In this document: in pieces, positions 1-8,925 of the stretch
Layout of the letters: the number at the start of each line of letters is the position of its first letter
Numbering within the stretch: the first letter of the stretch is position 1
Notes under the pieces: model-generated
Told to the model about the DNA's origin: nothing
Databases searched by the model: none
What the model saw: only the letters and a program-made list of their open reading frames with translations
Translations under genes and position numbers: made by a program
Assembly: GCA_964407715.1 (NCBI GenBank)
Contig: CAYOWP010000003.1
Span: forward strand, 28,316-92,315
DNA from: an uncultured archaeon
GTDB lineage: Archaea > EX4484-52 > JAADEF01
Reading direction: 5' to 3'
DNA length: 64,000 nt

Positions 1-245
1 GTATCAAATCTTTGATGCATAATGTCTATAGTAACTCCTCTTTCCCTTTCTTCCTTCATTCTATCCATCAGAAATGCAAATTTAAAACTCTCTTTCTTCA
101 ACTCCTTTGCTTTTTCCTCTATCTTTCTCATTTCCTGTTCAGGAATATTACCAGTGTCCCATAACAACCTTCCAACTAATGTTGACTTTCCATGATCCAC
201 GTGCCCTATTGTCACCAAGTTTATATGTGGTTTCTCTGCTGCCAT
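1..245 (-). CDS. tuf: Translation elongation factor EF-1alpha, N-terminal part (runs off the window start)
   Basis: Manual translation from ATG at 245: [28 protein letters not shown]...[10 protein letters not shown], containing G1 and switch I motifs; not in the ORF track. Confidence 0.97.
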   Translation of the reverse strand, partial: MAAEKPHINLVTIGHVDHGKSTLVGRLLWDTGNIPEQEMRKIEEKAKELKKESFKFAFLMDRMKEERERGVTIDIMHQRFD

Positions 246-332
246 GTTTATTCACCTCTCTTGGAAATAATTAATGTACGGATATAAACATAATAAATAA
301 TAAAATTTTAAAAAAGTAACGGTAAATAAAGG

Positions 333-608
333 TCAATCTATTTTAATTCTCTTTCCTATCTCTATTCCTAAAGATTTAAAACTTTCAATTATTTTTTTGT
401 TATCATTTAAAGCATTCTCAGGAATCTTCTTTTCTGGGATAGGAATAACATGTTTGATATTTGTTTTTTTGTTTTTGATGATTTTTTCATTTAGAGGAAT
501 GCCTATTATTAAAAATTTATCATCTATCTTTTCTTTAACAAAACCATAATATCCAGCAAATCTCCCATTTAACTTCACAACCACTTGCCCAATATCCATA
601 AATCTCAC
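333..608 (-). CDS. rpl14e: 50S ribosomal protein eL14
   Basis: KOW-like IGQVVVKLNGRFAG and NIKHVIP; conserved position after eL34. Confidence 0.85.
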   Translation of the reverse strand: MRFMDIGQVVVKLNGRFAGYYGFVKEKIDDKFLIIGIPLNEKIIKNKKTNIKHVIPIPEKKIPENALNDNKKIIESFKSLGIEIGKRIKID

Positions 609-613
609 CTTTT

Positions 614-889
614 TTATTCAATCAACTTTGCAATGGCATTTATAATTCTCCTCTTTAATCCTCTTGGAGATAAAACTCCTCCATAATATCTTGTTGGTCT
701 TTTCTCAGTCTTCGAATAATTTCTCAAATCTCTTTTTCTTCCATATAGTGTGCCATTTAATATCTCACCTGTCTCTGGGCAATGCATCTTAGATGTCTTT
801 GATTTTCTAAATATTATCCCAACAACCCCAGAAGGCAATCTTCTTTTCTTAATACGCCACTTATTTGTCCTTAAATGCCTCTTTACCAT
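614..889 (-). CDS. rpl34e: 50S ribosomal protein eL34
   Basis: RRLPSG, SKTEKRPTRYYGGVLS motif. Confidence 0.92.
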   Translation of the reverse strand: MVKRHLRTNKWRIKKRRLPSGVVGIIFRKSKTSKMHCPETGEILNGTLYGRKRDLRNYSKTEKRPTRYYGGVLSPRGLKRRIINAIAKLIE

Positions 890-924
890 TCCAAATCACC
901 ACATGATAATTTATTTTTAATGAA

Positions 925-1371
925 TTAATACTCCAATTTTAAAAGTTTTTTTATAAGAAAAGAAAACAATATTGAGTAAAATATATACAACCATATCCAC
1001 GAGATATCGCTTCCAACAAACAGCATCTTAAAAGGCAATGCAAAATGCACATCTCCTATAACCTTTTTAAGATAATAATATAGTGGTAGCAAAAACAAAA
1101 GGTTGATCATCATGGTTTTAAATGTCAATCTGAACTGTTCATTAAGCAAAGAATATTGCTCATTCAAAAGGTCTTTGTATTTCTCAGGATCCTTCTGAAA
1201 GTCTTTATGCTTCATTTTTTCTCTCAATTTCTCCATTCTCTCTTTTAAATTTTTCATCTTATGATGATCCAAAGTAAACTTCATAACCAAATTGCTAAAT
1301 AATGAAACTAAAAAAGCAATCACGGTTAATGTAACTATAGGGGAATAAATCATGTAAAACATTTGCATCAC
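925..1371 (-). CDS. EMC3/TMCO1 (DUF106, Oxa1 superfamily) membrane protein
   Basis: TM, coiled-coil, TM, WxxLY layout; usual position downstream of secY. Confidence 0.85.
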   Translation of the reverse strand: MMQMFYMIYSPIVTLTVIAFLVSLFSNLVMKFTLDHHKMKNLKERMEKLREKMKHKDFQKDPEKYKDLLNEQYSLLNEQFRLTFKTMMINLLFLLPLYYYLKKVIGDVHFALPFKMLFVGSDISWIWLYIFYSILFSFLIKKLLKLEY

Positions 1372-1372
1372 C

Positions 1373-2791
1373 TCACTTTATAAATCTCCTCAATAGGGAA
1401 GGCATTTCCTCTATGTTGTATTGCACTATAAGCTCATACATATTGTGAGCAATCATAACCGCTAACAATAATCCAGTACCGCTTGTTAAAGCTCCAAGGA
1501 GATCAGCAAACGCAGCAAGTAATCCTACAAAGCCACCACCAAGAACTGTTAAAGGAGGAATATATCTCTCCAAAACCTTTTCCATCACCCTTGGATCACG
1601 TCTAAATCCTGGAATTTGCATTCCTGCATTTACAATTTGATTCGCAACACTTCTAGCATCCATTCCAGATGTATTAACCCAAAATACAGCAAAGATAACA
1701 CTAAAGATTATCATATACAAAGTATAAGACAGTGCTCTCAAGGCTTCTGTCATGGATATGTTGGAAGTGAATACATCAATGATAAATGTTCTTGGAGGTG
1801 TTAAATAATAGACAACTCCTCCTATAGGTTGGCCGTTAGCAGAGAATGATCCAAGCAAAGAGATTCCACGATTATACAACATTTGACCCCACAATTGAAG
1901 ATTTATAAGAAGCGCAGACGCCAAGATTACAGGCATATTGCTCGTGTAGATAAACTTTAATGGCCATTTTCTACCAAAACCACGAAAACTTGACAATACC
2001 AAGGGAATCTCAACCCTCAATGATTGTGCATATACTACAGAGATAAAAATAATAAGAGTTGTTAAAAGAGGAATTATATATGCTGATATAAACACAGATA
2101 TATTCTCAATACCATTAACAATGCTATATATTATTTGAGGAATAACTCCAACAAATCCTTCTCCCACTCTTGTAAAACTAAAAGATCTTATAAATAATCC
2201 TTTAGATACTCCTGCCAAAATAAATAAAGATACTCCAGAGCCAATACCCCACTTTGATATGAGATCATCCAAGTAAATAATTATAATACTTCCCAATGCA
2301 ACCTGAAAGATAATGAATAAGCTCCATTCTAAGGTTGGAATCTCAGGTTTTAATGCACCAAAAACCACCATGGAAGTGCTCTCTAAAAAGGAAAATATTA
2401 TAGCCAAAAGTTTCTGCATACCTTGAAACCATGCTCTTCCTTCGAATGTATTGAGATCAACCTTAATTAATCCAGAACCAACGAGAAGCTGCATGATAAT
2501 ACTTGCCGTAACTATAGGTCCAATACCTAACATGGCAAAAGTGCCCATTGCAGCACCAAAAATTATAGAAATCTGCTCAAAATATGCAAGAGATTCTGAT
2601 GATACACCAATGAGAGGTAAATTGGACAACATAAAGTATATGATCAGAGAAATCAAAGTCCAAACAAGACGCTCCTTAAATATTACCTGCCTTTCTGGAT
2701 ATCTTATTGTCGGAATATAATTCAATATCTCACTAAACATCATCCCCATATATGAACCCTCTTTTCTTATAATCATCAAGAAAAGGATCAA
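1373..2791 (-). CDS. secY: Preprotein translocase SecY (true start probably about 15 codons downstream)
   Basis: LGIGPIVTASIIMQLL, KWGIGSGVSLFI, IYTSNMP, IPGFRRDP. Confidence 0.98.
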   Translation of the reverse strand: MILFLMIIRKEGSYMGMMFSEILNYIPTIRYPERQVIFKERLVWTLISLIIYFMLSNLPLIGVSSESLAYFEQISIIFGAAMGTFAMLGIGPIVTASIIMQLLVGSGLIKVDLNTFEGRAWFQGMQKLLAIIFSFLESTSMVVFGALKPEIPTLEWSLFIIFQVALGSIIIIYLDDLISKWGIGSGVSLFILAGVSKGLFIRSFSFTRVGEGFVGVIPQIIYSIVNGIENISVFISAYIIPLLTTLIIFISVVYAQSLRVEIPLVLSSFRGFGRKWPLKFIYTSNMPVILASALLINLQLWGQMLYNRGISLLGSFSANGQPIGGVVYYLTPPRTFIIDVFTSNISMTEALRALSYTLYMIIFSVIFAVFWVNTSGMDARSVANQIVNAGMQIPGFRRDPRVMEKVLERYIPPLTVLGGGFVGLLAAFADLLGALTSGTGLLLAVMIAHNMYELIVQYNIEEMPSLLRRFIK

Positions 2792-3279
2792 GATTCCGCA
2801 ATAGCATTTCCTTTAACATTTACATTTATACCATTATTTTCAAGATATTCCTTTGCCTTATCTGTGATATTATAAACAGATATCTCTATCTTATATCCTT
2901 TGTATTCGCTATTTATTCCTTCAAATGATTTCTGATATATTATTTTCACATCTTTATCAAAGGATAAAGCAATCACCTTGTTTTTATCATCAATAGAGCC
3001 ATCATAAAGATGAACAATATCTCCTAACTTTTCCAAGAGGATTCTCGTAGTGATGACATCCTTCTTTTTATATTTTGCAAGAGGTGTTTTAAACCCTCTT
3101 TTTCCAATCATATATCCCTTAAGCATTAAACCAATCTTTTTATGCTGTCCTTTTTTACCTGATCCTGCCAAACCCTTTCCTCCTCTACTTCCCTTGCCTC
3201 TATGTTTCTTTGAACTTCCATATCCATATGTCCTTGATCCTCTTCTCTTTATAACTTTTTTCCTAAATCTTACAACCAT
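2788..3279 (-). CDS. rpl15: 50S ribosomal protein uL15
   Basis: RGSRTYGYG...HRGKGSRGGKGLAG. Confidence 0.95.
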   Translation of the reverse strand: MVVRFRKKVIKRRGSRTYGYGSSKKHRGKGSRGGKGLAGSGKKGQHKKIGLMLKGYMIGKRGFKTPLAKYKKKDVITTRILLEKLGDIVHLYDGSIDDKNKVIALSFDKDVKIIYQKSFEGINSEYKGYKIEISVYNITDKAKEYLENNGINVNVKGNAIAES

Positions 3280-3728
3280 TATAAATCACCATGTTGTCTC
3301 CTCGGAAACATTCTCTCAATTAATGATTCTATGTCCCTTCCCATATATCCCAATGCACCGCCTTGGGCATAGGTGTATTTAATTCCTCTTCTCCCCCATC
3401 CTTTTCTTGGAGGTTGAAGACGATATAAATTTTCATCTTCCTTAGTAGCGTATTTCTCTATGGTTTCTATGAATTTATCGCTAACCTCTCCCCATGTAAC
3501 ATAATCTTTTACCTTTTTAATCATACCTCTTATCACAGGATCATCTTTATATATCACTAAATGATTAGGTTTGGTTAACTTTAATCTCCTTAAAGTGTTC
3601 TCTATATCTTCTCTAACCCCAACCCTGCCTCTAACCCTTATTATAGCAATTTTCATATTTGTGGTCTGCTTATTTTTAAGATTTTCCATATTTAACTCCC
3701 TCATATTATTTTGATAAACCCTCAACAA
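3279..3728 (-). CDS. rpl30: 50S ribosomal protein uL30 (true start likely downstream)
   Basis: IAIIRVRG, GMIKKVKDYVTWGE, RLQPPRKG, GGALGY. Confidence 0.95.
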   Translation of the reverse strand: MLRVYQNNMRELNMENLKNKQTTNMKIAIIRVRGRVGVREDIENTLRRLKLTKPNHLVIYKDDPVIRGMIKKVKDYVTWGEVSDKFIETIEKYATKEDENLYRLQPPRKGWGRRGIKYTYAQGGALGYMGRDIESLIERMFPRRQHGDL

Positions 3729-4452
3729 TACCTAAATCCTTCTTAACATCCTCTGGCACTCTTATTTTTGCAAGATTTTTCAAAGCATTAAAAACAGCAT
3801 AAATATGATTTATTCTTGTACGTGTCTGCCCAAACGATTGCATCCACACATCCTTAATGCCTGCTAAAGATAGAACTTTCTTAACCTCTGAAGATGCCAC
3901 TAATCCAAGACCTCTTGGACCAGGAATTAGCTTTACTCTCACGGATCCTGCTTTACCCTCAACCTTAAAAGGAATTGTATGATTCCCATGACAATGACAT
4001 TCCCAAGAACCACAGCCACGTATAATGGGTGTGATATTTAACCTTGCCTTTTTTGCTGCTTTTATTATTGTTTCTCTTGCATCCTTTCCCTTTGCATATC
4101 CTATCCCTAAATATCCATCCTCATTTCCTACTACAACCATTGCATGCAAACTTCTTTTTCTTCCAGATTTGTGCATTCTCACAGTGGATCTTATAGGAAT
4201 TCTCTTAATACCTCCTCCTTTTCCAGAGCTACCTCCAATAAGTATAATTTCCTCTTTTAAATCTGGTAAAAGAATATCAACAATCTCTGGCTCACGGATT
4301 ATATATCCCTTCTTGAAAACCTCCTCTATATTTGTTATCTCTCCATTATACACTTTCCTACCTAATTCTGTCTTTGGAACCCATGTCTTCAATATCCTCT
4401 CAACCTTATTAACTTCTATTTGAGGTACATCATTTTCTGTCAATCCAATCAC
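3706..4452 (-). CDS. rps5: 30S ribosomal protein uS5
   Basis: WVPKTELGR, RGCGSWEC, GSVRVKLIPGPRGLGL. Confidence 0.97.
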   Translation of the reverse strand: MIGLTENDVPQIEVNKVERILKTWVPKTELGRKVYNGEITNIEEVFKKGYIIREPEIVDILLPDLKEEIILIGGSSGKGGGIKRIPIRSTVRMHKSGRKRSLHAMVVVGNEDGYLGIGYAKGKDARETIIKAAKKARLNITPIIRGCGSWECHCHGNHTIPFKVEGKAGSVRVKLIPGPRGLGLVASSEVKKVLSLAGIKDVWMQSFGQTRTRINHIYAVFNALKNLAKIRVPEDVKKDLGIVEGLSK

Positions 4453-5001
4453 CTATTTCTTTTTACTCTTGCTCTTTTTAAAAGATTCTTCTATTTTTTT
4501 CTTTATCTCCTCAAATCTTTTTGATATCTCCTTATTCAAATACTTCTCTATATGTGTTCCTTTTAATCTCTCCTCATCAGGTAAAATACTTGGATCATGG
4601 GGTATATATACTCCAGCATCAAGTACTCCTTTGACCAAGGCATATATTCTACCTTTTCTATGAGGCTTTCTTAATCCAACATCCAAAATAACCTCCTCAA
4701 TACCCTTCTCCTTTGCCAAGTGTCCAAGAACATATCCTGTAAGATACGCAGATGGCAAATTCTTAACATTATACTCCCATCCATATTTCCTTCTTAAAGA
4801 TGAGGAATTAAACTGGGCCTCTGTAATATCTCCTTCAGGATGATATCTTACAATCTGCGCTATAAACTGTGTATTTGTTATTCTCACCACTAACCTCGGT
4901 TTATTCGACATCAAATATGCCAACCTCTTCCTATAGTTTGTCTTTCCTTCCCTTCTTCTCCTAAATGCTAAAATATAACCTGCATGTGCCATACCAATCA
5001 C
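4453..5001 (-). CDS. rpl18: 50S ribosomal protein uL18
   Basis: RRRREGKTNYRKR, PRLVVR, NLPSAYLTG. Confidence 0.97.
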   Translation of the reverse strand: MIGMAHAGYILAFRRRREGKTNYRKRLAYLMSNKPRLVVRITNTQFIAQIVRYHPEGDITEAQFNSSSLRRKYGWEYNVKNLPSAYLTGYVLGHLAKEKGIEEVILDVGLRKPHRKGRIYALVKGVLDAGVYIPHDPSILPDEERLKGTHIEKYLNKEISKRFEEIKKKIEESFKKSKSKKK

Positions 5002-5101
5002 CCCTCATGTTATGATATCTTTTAGATGCTTCTTAACAATACACAACATACATATAAAAAGTAGAAAATTTTTTAAATTTAACGGTCATTTTTCCTTTAA
5101 A

Positions 5102-5360
5102 GGCATTGTCCAATAATTCTTTATTGTTAAGCGGAAACATAACCTCTCAAAGAAGCGTATGAGAGCAGTTAACCCTTTGAATAGGGCTATGCTTCCCGTT
5201 AACAAATTGTCCAACAATTTTTTAATGAGGATTTGTTAACGAAAAAATTCGTTCTTATCATTGCATTAGCTCTCTAAGGTTTGCTGCTCTGATGCGCTTC
5301 TTTAAAAGGCTATTTTTCCGCTTAACAAATTTTGTTAATAGGGAATTATTGGACAATGCC
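5102..5360 (+). mobile_element. MITE-like element copy M1 (two-module form)
   Basis: TIRs GGCATTGTCCAATAATTC / GAATTATTGGACAATGCC; flanks tcCTTTAAA / gaCTTTAAA (7/9 direct repeat). Confidence 0.85.
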
Positions 5361-5405
5361 GACTTTAAAATACAGCAAATCTCGTAAGAGCTAAAGTTCC
5401 TTAAA

Positions 5406-5479
5406 AGCGAGGGGCGGGATTTGAACCCGCGTAAATGGGGTCTGCAGCCCCACGCCAAACCGGGCTAGGCGACCCTCGC
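5406..5479 (-). tRNA. tRNA-Cys(GCA), intronless, CCA not encoded
   Basis: Acceptor GCGAGGG/CCCTCGC, anticodon loop CT-GCA-GA, T-loop GGTTCAAATCC, discriminator U. Confidence 0.96.
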
Positions 5480-5539
5480 ATCCTCCATATCTCTATAGAG
5501 ATAAAGGATAGAACAAAATTTTAAAAATTTTTAATCGAT

Positions 5540-5630
5540 TTGTTAACAAAAAATTTGGTTAACGAAAAAGATCACTATTATCAAAGATTTTGCAGCATGC
5601 TAACCCCTCTTAAAGGTTATTTCCATTGAC
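5540..5630 (-). repeat. Degenerate partial hairpin module, reverse orientation
   Basis: TGGTTAACG...TTTTGCAGCATGCTAACC...GGTTA is the reverse complement of the array unit right arm. Confidence 0.7.
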
Positions 5631-5720
5631 GATATTTATTTTAAAATAAAGAAATTTTTAAAATTTTTAAATCTAAAAATTACTATGAGATGTTCAAAAT
5701 TATTATAAGGTGGTCCTAAT

Positions 5721-6458
5721 ATGAGAATCTTAGAGGAAAAATCAGCAAAGGATAAGGAATTAGTGATCAGTTTAGGTGGAAGTGTAATAACAAAAGATAA
5801 CTATAGCAATGTGGACAAAATCCTTTCCCAATTACTAACCTTATCACGAAAATATCATCTGTTTGTGGTTACTGGCGGTGGTACATTGGCAAGAAATTTG
5901 ATAGAAATCGTCAAAAATAAAAATAATATGTCATATAAAAAATACTACACACCCAAAAAAATAGAATCCATGAAGGAATATATATTGGATGAGATAGGAA
6001 TCGCAGCCACTCATTTACATGCAAAATTGTTTGCTGCGCTTTTAGGGTATAAAAAATATCCTGTACCACCTCAAATAAAAAATGCCATTAATTTAAGGAA
6101 TCATTACAGAATTGTTTTTATGGGAGGCACATTACCAGGAAGATCAACTGACACAGTTGCTGCAGAATTAGCAGCAAAAGTAAAAGCAGAATGCTTAATC
6201 AATGTAAGTGATATAAAAGGAGTATACGATAAGGATCCTGACAAGCATAAAGATGCAAAGCTTTTAAGGAAAATATCATATGAAGAATTATGGAAAATTA
6301 TAAAACATTATCCTCAATCACCAGGTGAATATAAGCTCTTTGATCACAAAGCATTAGAAATCGTTAAAAAACATAGAATACCTGTCAAGTTCGTTCATTT
6401 TGAAGATATCTCAAACTTTGATGATGATAATATAGGGACATTGGTTTGTAATAGCTAA
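5721..6458 (+). CDS. pyrH: UMP kinase (archaeal type)
   Basis: ISLGGS, VTGGG.LAR, MGGTLPGRSTDTVAA, GVYDKDP. Confidence 0.93.
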   Translation: MRILEEKSAKDKELVISLGGSVITKDNYSNVDKILSQLLTLSRKYHLFVVTGGGTLARNLIEIVKNKNNMSYKKYYTPKKIESMKEYILDEIGIAATHLHAKLFAALLGYKKYPVPPQIKNAINLRNHYRIVFMGGTLPGRSTDTVAAELAAKVKAECLINVSDIKGVYDKDPDKHKDAKLLRKISYEELWKIIKHYPQSPGEYKLFDHKALEIVKKHRIPVKFVHFEDISNFDDDNIGTLVCNS

Positions 6459-8209
6459 TGAGTTGAAAGTCCTACATCAACATTAAGTTGTTTACAGATA
6501 ATTTGAAGATTGATTATAGCAGGTATTTTTTTCACATCTAAATCTCCCCAATCCATCTTTGCCTCATCAACAACATCTTCAAATTCAATTTTCACTCCTG
6601 TCATTACATACCCTGGAGGACATTGAAGTGTATTTACTGCTTCATCTTCTATCCTATAGGGTGATATTATTCTATTATCAGTAAGCTCAACTTGCTTAGA
6701 AATGGCAATTTCTTTACATTCAAATTTACCATCTTTATAAACCAAAACCTCTCCATCAGAGCAGGAAGGTTTACGGATGAAATTATATTCTACCCAATCC
6801 TTAGATGCCATACCTTCCATTTTTAATTTCTCTATTAGATTACCATGGCTTATAAGTCGTGAAGATAGACCAGCATAACTATAGCATTCATATCCATCAG
6901 ATGTTTTTACCACTACTCCATCACTTCCACAATTAATTCCTTTATCAATGATTTCTTTTTTGCTTACACATTCAAATTCATTTGAGTTCACATCATAAAC
7001 CAAAACATCTCCATCTGAGCAGGATGTTTTTACTACAACTACTCCATTATCTTTTAAACGATGTAATAAATTGGAATATGTCTCACATGAAATATCCGCA
7101 TTCTCATTAAAGCCTTTCATAATACCATTATAGCACTTCTTATTCTTAAGTTTCTCCACAATCTTATCTCTCACCATATCATCAAAATATTTGCACTCTA
7201 CTATCAAATTACCACTACTATCTCTTCTAAGTAGCAAAACATTATTCTCATTGCTTTCACACATAGAAACTTGAATAAACCCCTTTTCTTTTAAGTAGTC
7301 CTCTATCTCATTCTTAACATATGGTGTAAGACCCTCAAGCACTATGCTTTCCTTATCATCAAGCTCAGACAAAATTGCTTGGATTTTATCCCATAACAAT
7401 GTATTCGAACTCTTTAAATCATTAATATCTAATATAGCATAAGTTAATGATTCATTAACTCTATCTAATGTTGAAATTACATCTTTTGCTTTAATCCCAT
7501 TAACATAAAAAGTATCGTTAGCATATGAAGAAAAGGAGGCATAGCCAACCTTTAAGTTATCATATGTGATAGAGGGATCTATTATAGGAATGTCTGAAAT
7601 ATTTGATCCTATCATATGCCCATTTAATGAAACTGCATCTATTCCAAGAGAGCAAATTCCATTTATACAATAGTTCTTTAGATTAATCAAGTTTAAAAGA
7701 TCCTCTTTATTAATTCCAATCAAATTATATGCATAATATGAGGAATTGACATTCAATAGATTCTCCATTAGACTTATTTGCTCTTCTACAATGGATCTTA
7801 CAGCATCCTCATCTAAAGAATTTGTATTTTGAGGTAATATATCGCTCCAAGAAGATATGCATTCCCCATTTAAACATAATTTTTTAAAGTTTGACTTATA
7901 GCTTGGGTCAATATAATAAGAAGGATTATCAAGATCCACAATCTTTCCAACACCATAATAAAGAAATAATACTCCTTTTAAGGTTCCTCCGTTTATTTTA
8001 AGGAAATCATTAGCATTATACCCTCCTAATTTTTCTGCATTATCTACTATACCATTCCTGTTCTCATCAATTGAGACATCAGATTCGCTGTTGATTGCTA
8101 TTTGTTGAAGAGGCAACCAGTTTTGTGTTTTATCAACAAGAGCATATGCAAAAGAGAAAGTAAATAAACCAAACAACATAATCATAACCACATATCTTTC
8201 TGTTCTCAT
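6455..8209 (-). CDS. Secreted Cys-rich repeat protein, putative adhesin or fibre
   Basis: Signal peptide; YYIDPS...LCLNGECISSW; repeated SCSDG(D/E)VLVY...FEC; C-terminal CPPGYVMTG. Confidence 0.6.
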   Translation of the reverse strand: MRTERYVVMIMLFGLFTFSFAYALVDKTQNWLPLQQIAINSESDVSIDENRNGIVDNAEKLGGYNANDFLKINGGTLKGVLFLYYGVGKIVDLDNPSYYIDPSYKSNFKKLCLNGECISSWSDILPQNTNSLDEDAVRSIVEEQISLMENLLNVNSSYYAYNLIGINKEDLLNLINLKNYCINGICSLGIDAVSLNGHMIGSNISDIPIIDPSITYDNLKVGYASFSSYANDTFYVNGIKAKDVISTLDRVNESLTYAILDINDLKSSNTLLWDKIQAILSELDDKESIVLEGLTPYVKNEIEDYLKEKGFIQVSMCESNENNVLLLRRDSSGNLIVECKYFDDMVRDKIVEKLKNKKCYNGIMKGFNENADISCETYSNLLHRLKDNGVVVVKTSCSDGDVLVYDVNSNEFECVSKKEIIDKGINCGSDGVVVKTSDGYECYSYAGLSSRLISHGNLIEKLKMEGMASKDWVEYNFIRKPSCSDGEVLVYKDGKFECKEIAISKQVELTDNRIISPYRIEDEAVNTLQCPPGYVMTGVKIEFEDVVDEAKMDWGDLDVKKIPAIINLQIICKQLNVDVGLSTH

Positions 8210-8224
8210 TTATCTTACCTCCTT

Positions 8225-8767
8225 CTATTGCTCTCCTATATAATCATTATATAAATTATTACAAATATATTTTTTGTCTTTATCTGGTAATATAGAACAT
8301 TTATTTTGGTGTGTTGTGATAGAAAAATATAATACACAACCCAATATATATGACTCCTCTCCATATGCTTTAATATTTAAACATTCCGCAGGATCTTTTT
8401 TATTAAGAGCTTTAAGGGTATAATAATGGGCTATACATGCCTTTCTATAATCCTCTTTCTTTATCCTTTGGCATATATCTATGGTATTTTTATTCTCCAT
8501 CTCACTATAGATTTCCTGGAGATAGCGTACCTCCTCTATCGGAGATGTGAAAGATACTTGCGATTCCTTTTTAATTTCATTATTTCTGAGCGTGTCGTTT
8601 ATATCATTAACTATATTATGAGATATAATCAAAGAAGTTCCAATAATACATCCAACCATAAAACATAGCACCACATAGAAGACAAATCTCTTTTGATCTT
8701 CTTTTTCCATAAATAGAATATATTTGTGACAATAGAATATATATTTTGATATCTTAACCTCTAACAT
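8225..8767 (-). CDS. Membrane-anchored protein with Cys-pair helical repeats (likely true start MEKED near 8710)
   Basis: N-terminal TM; three C..I...C repeats. Confidence 0.6.
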   Translation of the reverse strand: MLEVKISKYIFYCHKYILFMEKEDQKRFVFYVVLCFMVGCIIGTSLIISHNIVNDINDTLRNNEIKKESQVSFTSPIEEVRYLQEIYSEMENKNTIDICQRIKKEDYRKACIAHYYTLKALNKKDPAECLNIKAYGEESYILGCVLYFSITTHQNKCSILPDKDKKYICNNLYNDYIGEQ

Positions 8768-8768
8768 T

Positions 8769-8916
8769 GGAATTGTCCAATAATTTTTTAATGAGAATTT
8801 ATTAACGAAAAAATTCGTTCTTACAATCGCATCAGCTCTACAAGGTTCGCTACTCTAAGCGCTTCTTTAAGAGGCTACCTTTCCGCTTAACAAATAGAGA
8901 ATTATTGGACAATGCC
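8769..8916 (+). mobile_element. MITE-like element copy M2 (short, one-module form)
   Basis: GGAATTGTCCAATAATT...AATTATTGGACAATGCC; flanks TCTAACATt / TCTAACATc (8/9). Confidence 0.85.
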
Positions 8917-8925
8917 TCTAACATC

